A DNA stretch of 56,369 nucleotides from Methanomassiliicoccales archaeon (GTDB lineage: Archaea; Thermoplasmatota; Thermoplasmata; Methanomassiliicoccales; UBA472). The notes beneath the pieces were generated by a model. It saw only the letters and a program-made list of their open reading frames with translations. It had not been told where the DNA came from and did no database searches. Where the stretch lies: contig JAJRAN010000135.1 in the NCBI GenBank assembly GCA_028682915.1, positions 1 to 56,369 of the forward strand, given 5' to 3'. Shown here piece after piece: positions 53,637 to 56,369 of the stretch; position 1 is the stretch's first letter; each line of letters starts with the position of its first letter. The position numbers and the translations under genes were made by a program.

Positions 53637-53671
53637 CAACTATCTCCTAGGAATTGACAACAGATTACAAA

Positions 53672-53686
53672 ACCACTATAAATACG
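53672..53686 (-). promoter_or_regulatory. Putative TATA box of aglB
   Basis: The minus strand reads CGTATTTATAGTGG. TTTATA (plus strand 53676..53681) lies ~40 nt upstream of ATG 53636, with AGGAGA in between. Confidence 0.4.
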
Positions 53687-53699
53687 TTCTTTCAAGGAC

Positions 53700-53716
53700 G
53701 AGGCAAAAAATCGCAT
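53700..53716 (-). terminator. Oligo-T tract downstream of pyrF
   Basis: The minus strand reads GCGATTTTTTGCC, ~40 nt after the pyrF stop (53747). Confidence 0.35.
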
Positions 53717-53746
53717 TCTGGCTGATTGTCCGGGAATGGGCTTTCC

Positions 53747-54397
53747 TTACCCTTTCAAGGCCGATTTTATGTCGTTGACAAAGGCGCTCGCGGCTGCCCT
53801 CGGATCAGGGTCGCCGTAGATGCTTCGGCCGACGATGACGTAGTCAGCGCCATGCCTGATAGCGTCCGATGCGCTCCCTCCCTGCGCCCCTACTCCCGGG
53901 GAGAGGATCAGAAGCCTTCCGATGACGGAACGCAAATGAGCGATCCGCTCGGGCCTGGTCGCCGGTGCGATCACTCCGCTGGCACCAACCTCCACCGCGA
54001 GCTTGGCCAGCTGATCGGCCATGGGGGCGGTGAACTCCTTTCCGCCTGGATGGCTCATCTCCGTGACGACGAACACGTCCTTCCCTTTGGCGGCGTCCAC
54101 TACGGCTTTGGCAGAGTCGTGCCCCACGAACCCCTGGACGATTATGCCAGAAGCCCCGCGGCGGAAGGTCTCTTCAGCGATCAAACGGTTAGTGTTGGGG
54201 ATGTCGGCCACCTTGAAATCGCAGATGACCGGGGCCAATACGGAAAGCTTGGTGATCATCTCCGGACCGCCGGAAAGCACCAGGGGCCAGTTGATCTTGA
54301 TGGCGTCCACCTGTTTCTTGACCTCGGTGGCGATGGCCAGGGCTTTGTCGACATCCGTCTCGTCCAAGGCCAATATCAACCGGGTGGACCGCAACAT
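53747..54397 (-). CDS. pyrF: Orotidine 5'-phosphate decarboxylase
   Basis: Start MLRSTRLILALDETD at 54397. DFKVADIPNT (K..DI..T) and PGVGAQGG motifs. The track N-terminal extension is rejected. Confidence 0.85.
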   Translation of the reverse strand: MLRSTRLILALDETDVDKALAIATEVKKQVDAIKINWPLVLSGGPEMITKLSVLAPVICDFKVADIPNTNRLIAEETFRRGASGIIVQGFVGHDSAKAVVDAAKGKDVFVVTEMSHPGGKEFTAPMADQLAKLAVEVGASGVIAPATRPERIAHLRSVIGRLLILSPGVGAQGGSASDAIRHGADYVIVGRSIYGDPDPRAAASAFVNDIKSALKG

Positions 54398-54482
54398 GAG
54401 CTTCCTGAGGAACAGCGAATCCCCTGGATAAAAGCATAGCCTTCGGCAAAGGTTGATATGCCGACTTGCCCTGGGACAAGGC

Positions 54483-55580
54483 ATGAAGCCCAAGGTCTTG
54501 GAGGCTGGCTCGGCCTACACCCGCTCGCTTCCGACCGGGTGCAAGCGCTGCCGCCAAGGCTCGAAGATGGTGCTCCTGGTGACCGGAAAATGCCAGAGCG
54601 GGTGTTTCTACTGCCCGCTGTCCCAGACGAAAAAGGGCAAGGAAGTCATCTTCGCGGATGAGATGGCCGTGGATGGGCCAGAGGACGTGCTCCATGAGGC
54701 GAAATTGATCAAGGCCAAGGGCACGGGAATCACCGGTGGAGATCCCCTGGACAATTTAGAGGCGGTGCTCGGCTTTATCCGCCTGCTGAAGTCCACCTTC
54801 GGGCAGGGACATCACGTCCACCTTTACACGGCGACGATAGACAAAGCCGCCTTCCATGCCCTCCAGGACGCGGGATTGGACGAGCTCCGCATTCACCCTC
54901 CACTACGGCTCTGGAAGAGGATGGGCGGAAGCGGCCTCGCGGAAGCGGTCAATGATCTGGACGTCACGGTCGGGCTGGAGGTCCCCGCCCTGCCGGGAGA
55001 GGAATCCTCCTTGGAAGCTCTGATTCGATACGCGGACTCGATCGGGCTGGACTTCGTCAACCTGAACGAGCTGGAGTTCTCGGAGACCAATTACCTGGCG
55101 CTGCACCGCAAAGGGATCGAGGTGAAGGACGACATCTCCGCGGCGGCCAAGGGAAGCGAGGCGCTGGCGAAGAAGATGCTCGAGCTGGACGTCCGTGTCC
55201 CCGTGCACTATTGCTCGTCCTCCTTCAAGGACTCGGTGCAGCTGCGCAACCGCCTGAGGCGGCGGGCCAAGAGCGTGGCGAGGAAGGGCGACGTCATCAC
55301 CGAGGAAGGGACCTTGCTGAAGGGGGTGGTGGAGGCGGAGAATTCCGAGCGGGCCCTCCGGTTGCTGAAGGGGGTCTATGACGTCCCTGACGATCTCTTG
55401 TCCAAGGATGAGAGGACGGGAAGGCTCGAGGTAGCCCCTTGGATCCTAAGGGAGCTGGAGGGGGAGCTTCCGTTCGATTCCTTCATCGTCGAGGAGTACC
55501 CGACCGCCGACCGCCTGGAGGTGGAGCGCGAGCTGCTCCTCGGGAAAAGGAAAAAGGATAGGAAGGCCCGAGCGCGCTAG
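54483..55580 (+). CDS. Radical SAM protein (COG2108-like, PFL-activase related)
   Basis: Start MKPKVLEAG at 54483. CxxxCxxC cluster motif GKCQSGCFYCP, and GITGGDPL (SAM-binding GGE-like). Function unknown. Confidence 0.75.
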   Translation: MKPKVLEAGSAYTRSLPTGCKRCRQGSKMVLLVTGKCQSGCFYCPLSQTKKGKEVIFADEMAVDGPEDVLHEAKLIKAKGTGITGGDPLDNLEAVLGFIRLLKSTFGQGHHVHLYTATIDKAAFHALQDAGLDELRIHPPLRLWKRMGGSGLAEAVNDLDVTVGLEVPALPGEESSLEALIRYADSIGLDFVNLNELEFSETNYLALHRKGIEVKDDISAAAKGSEALAKKMLELDVRVPVHYCSSSFKDSVQLRNRLRRRAKSVARKGDVITEEGTLLKGVVEAENSERALRLLKGVYDVPDDLLSKDERTGRLEVAPWILRELEGELPFDSFIVEEYPTADRLEVERELLLGKRKKDRKARAR

Positions 55581-56011
55581 GCCACTATGATGCTCTGCAC
55601 GTTGTGATGCCTGGCCACGATGTCCCTGGCGATCTTGAGGTTGCGCCCGTTCTTGCCGATCGCCCGCCCCTTGACCTTAGGGTCCACCGTCACGGTGGCA
55701 TGCACGATGTTGCCCCGGTTCTCGATGACCACGCTTTGGACGCCGTAGTTATAGAAGACGTTCTTGATGAACTGCTCGGCGTCGTCGGAGTACTCGATCA
55801 CCTGGATGTTCTTGCCGGTGGTGTTCTTCAGGTGGATGACGTTCTCCCCCGCCTTGCCCACGGCCCGGTTGGCCTGCCCCGGCTCGACCACGAACACCAG
55901 CTTCTCCTCCGTCTCCATGCAGTCCTTGACGTGGGTCTTGGTGACGTTCTCGAAGAGGGTGATGTAGCGCAGGGTGTCTTCGGTCAGTTTTACTTCAGGC
56001 ATGAGGATCAC
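55577..56011 (-). CDS. nusA: Archaeal NusA-like transcription factor (two KH domains)
   Basis: 144 aa. KH GxxG loops AVGKAGENVIHL and AIGKNGRNLKIARDI. 4-nt overlap with rpl30e, matching the conserved rpoA2-rpl30e-nusA order. Confidence 0.85.
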   Translation of the reverse strand: MILMPEVKLTEDTLRYITLFENVTKTHVKDCMETEEKLVFVVEPGQANRAVGKAGENVIHLKNTTGKNIQVIEYSDDAEQFIKNVFYNYGVQSVVIENRGNIVHATVTVDPKVKGRAIGKNGRNLKIARDIVARHHNVQSIIVA

Positions 56012-56283
56012 AGCGAAAGTATGTTGGAGGTGCCCTTGTCGATAATGGCCACCGCCGAGACCGAGAACGGCTTCCCGGCCAGGGCGCCCAGCTCCATGTT
56101 GGTGCCCTCGAACGTTCTCACCGGCACGGAGGTCGTCGTCTTTAGGAACTGACTGGGGCAGTTCGCGGAGATGACCACCATCTTCGCCTCTCCATTCCTC
56201 ACGGCCTTCTCAGCTTGCTGCACGCCGAACACGACCTTCCCGGTCTGCACGGCGGTCTTCAATGCCCTTCCGATATCAATCAT
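56008..56283 (-). CDS. rpl30e: 50S ribosomal protein L30e
   Basis: 91 aa. LKTAVQTGKVVFGVQQAEKAV...AKMVVISANCP...GTNMELGALAGKPFSVSAVAI is the L30e/L7Ae-fold pattern. Confidence 0.9.
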   Translation of the reverse strand: MIDIGRALKTAVQTGKVVFGVQQAEKAVRNGEAKMVVISANCPSQFLKTTTSVPVRTFEGTNMELGALAGKPFSVSAVAIIDKGTSNILSL

Positions 56284-56369
56284 TGGTCTGCCCCCTCTTA
56301 ACTGGTTTATATTCCAAATTGACGGCTCCGGTGCCGAGCGTAACAGGCTGCCCCACTATAATGTTTTCT
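56276..56369 (-). CDS. rpoA2: DNA-directed RNA polymerase subunit A'' (Rpo1C), last 30 codons; CDS enters from the right window edge
   Basis: Not in the track. The reverse complement from 56368 reads ENIIVGQPVTLGTGAVNLEYKPVKRGQTND-stop, the conserved ENIIxGxxxPxGTG C-terminus of subunit A''. The stop TGA (56276..56278) overlaps the rpl30e start. Confidence 0.7.
   Translation of the reverse strand, partial: ENIIVGQPVTLGTGAVNLEYKPVKRGQTND

Noticed and set aside
1-56369. Search for CRISPR arrays, transposases/IS ends, integrases, prophage or known defence-system genes, and large tandem DNA repeats
   Set aside because: None were recognised on either strand. No regularly spaced direct repeats were seen, intergenic regions are all under 300 bp, and the tRNA genes are not flanked by integrase-like ORFs. 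The repetitiveness of the giant genes is at protein-motif level rather than exact DNA tandem repeats, as far as can be judged by eye.
55577-56369. Break of the conserved rpoA2-rpl30e-nusA-rps12-rps7 string (nusA is followed by a convergent radical SAM gene instead of rps12)
   Set aside because: The observation is real, but such breaks after nusA occur in several archaeal lineages. It is not informative without genome context.

Overview
This is a high-GC archaeal chromosomal segment. Archaeal hallmarks are GatD/GatE, ribosomal proteins S17e and L30e, KH-type NusA, RpoK and RpoA'' fragments at the two window edges, AglB, and BHB-flanked tRNA introns. I support about 50 protein genes and 4 tRNAs.

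Most genes are housekeeping: leuCD-like dehydratase, class II photolyase, rubrerythrin, hypE, hypB, thyX, pcm, purD, pyrF and thioredoxin. There is also an ABC-2 exporter and an atypical arsenic-type cluster with a half-size ArsA coupled to ArsD, an LMW-PTP ArsC, a QueG-like Fe-S protein and an ICMT-like methyltransferase.

The most unusual content is a cell-envelope region at 33.8-53.6 kb. It holds a ~3,030-aa beta-helix surface protein and a ~2,160-aa AglB/STT3 oligosaccharyltransferase fused to a ~1,240-aa array of Ig-like modules with a second C-terminal membrane anchor. A CARDB-like anchored protein follows, whose signal-peptide-like codons have no canonical start codon.

Two of the four tRNAs, Val-UAC and Thr-GGU, carry non-canonical introns inside the D-arm with hand-foldable bulge-helix-bulge motifs.

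I saw no CRISPR array, transposase, integrase or recognisable defence genes. All calls come from motif recognition by eye, with no database search run. Many long ORFs in the track are antisense or alternate-frame artefacts of the high GC content.
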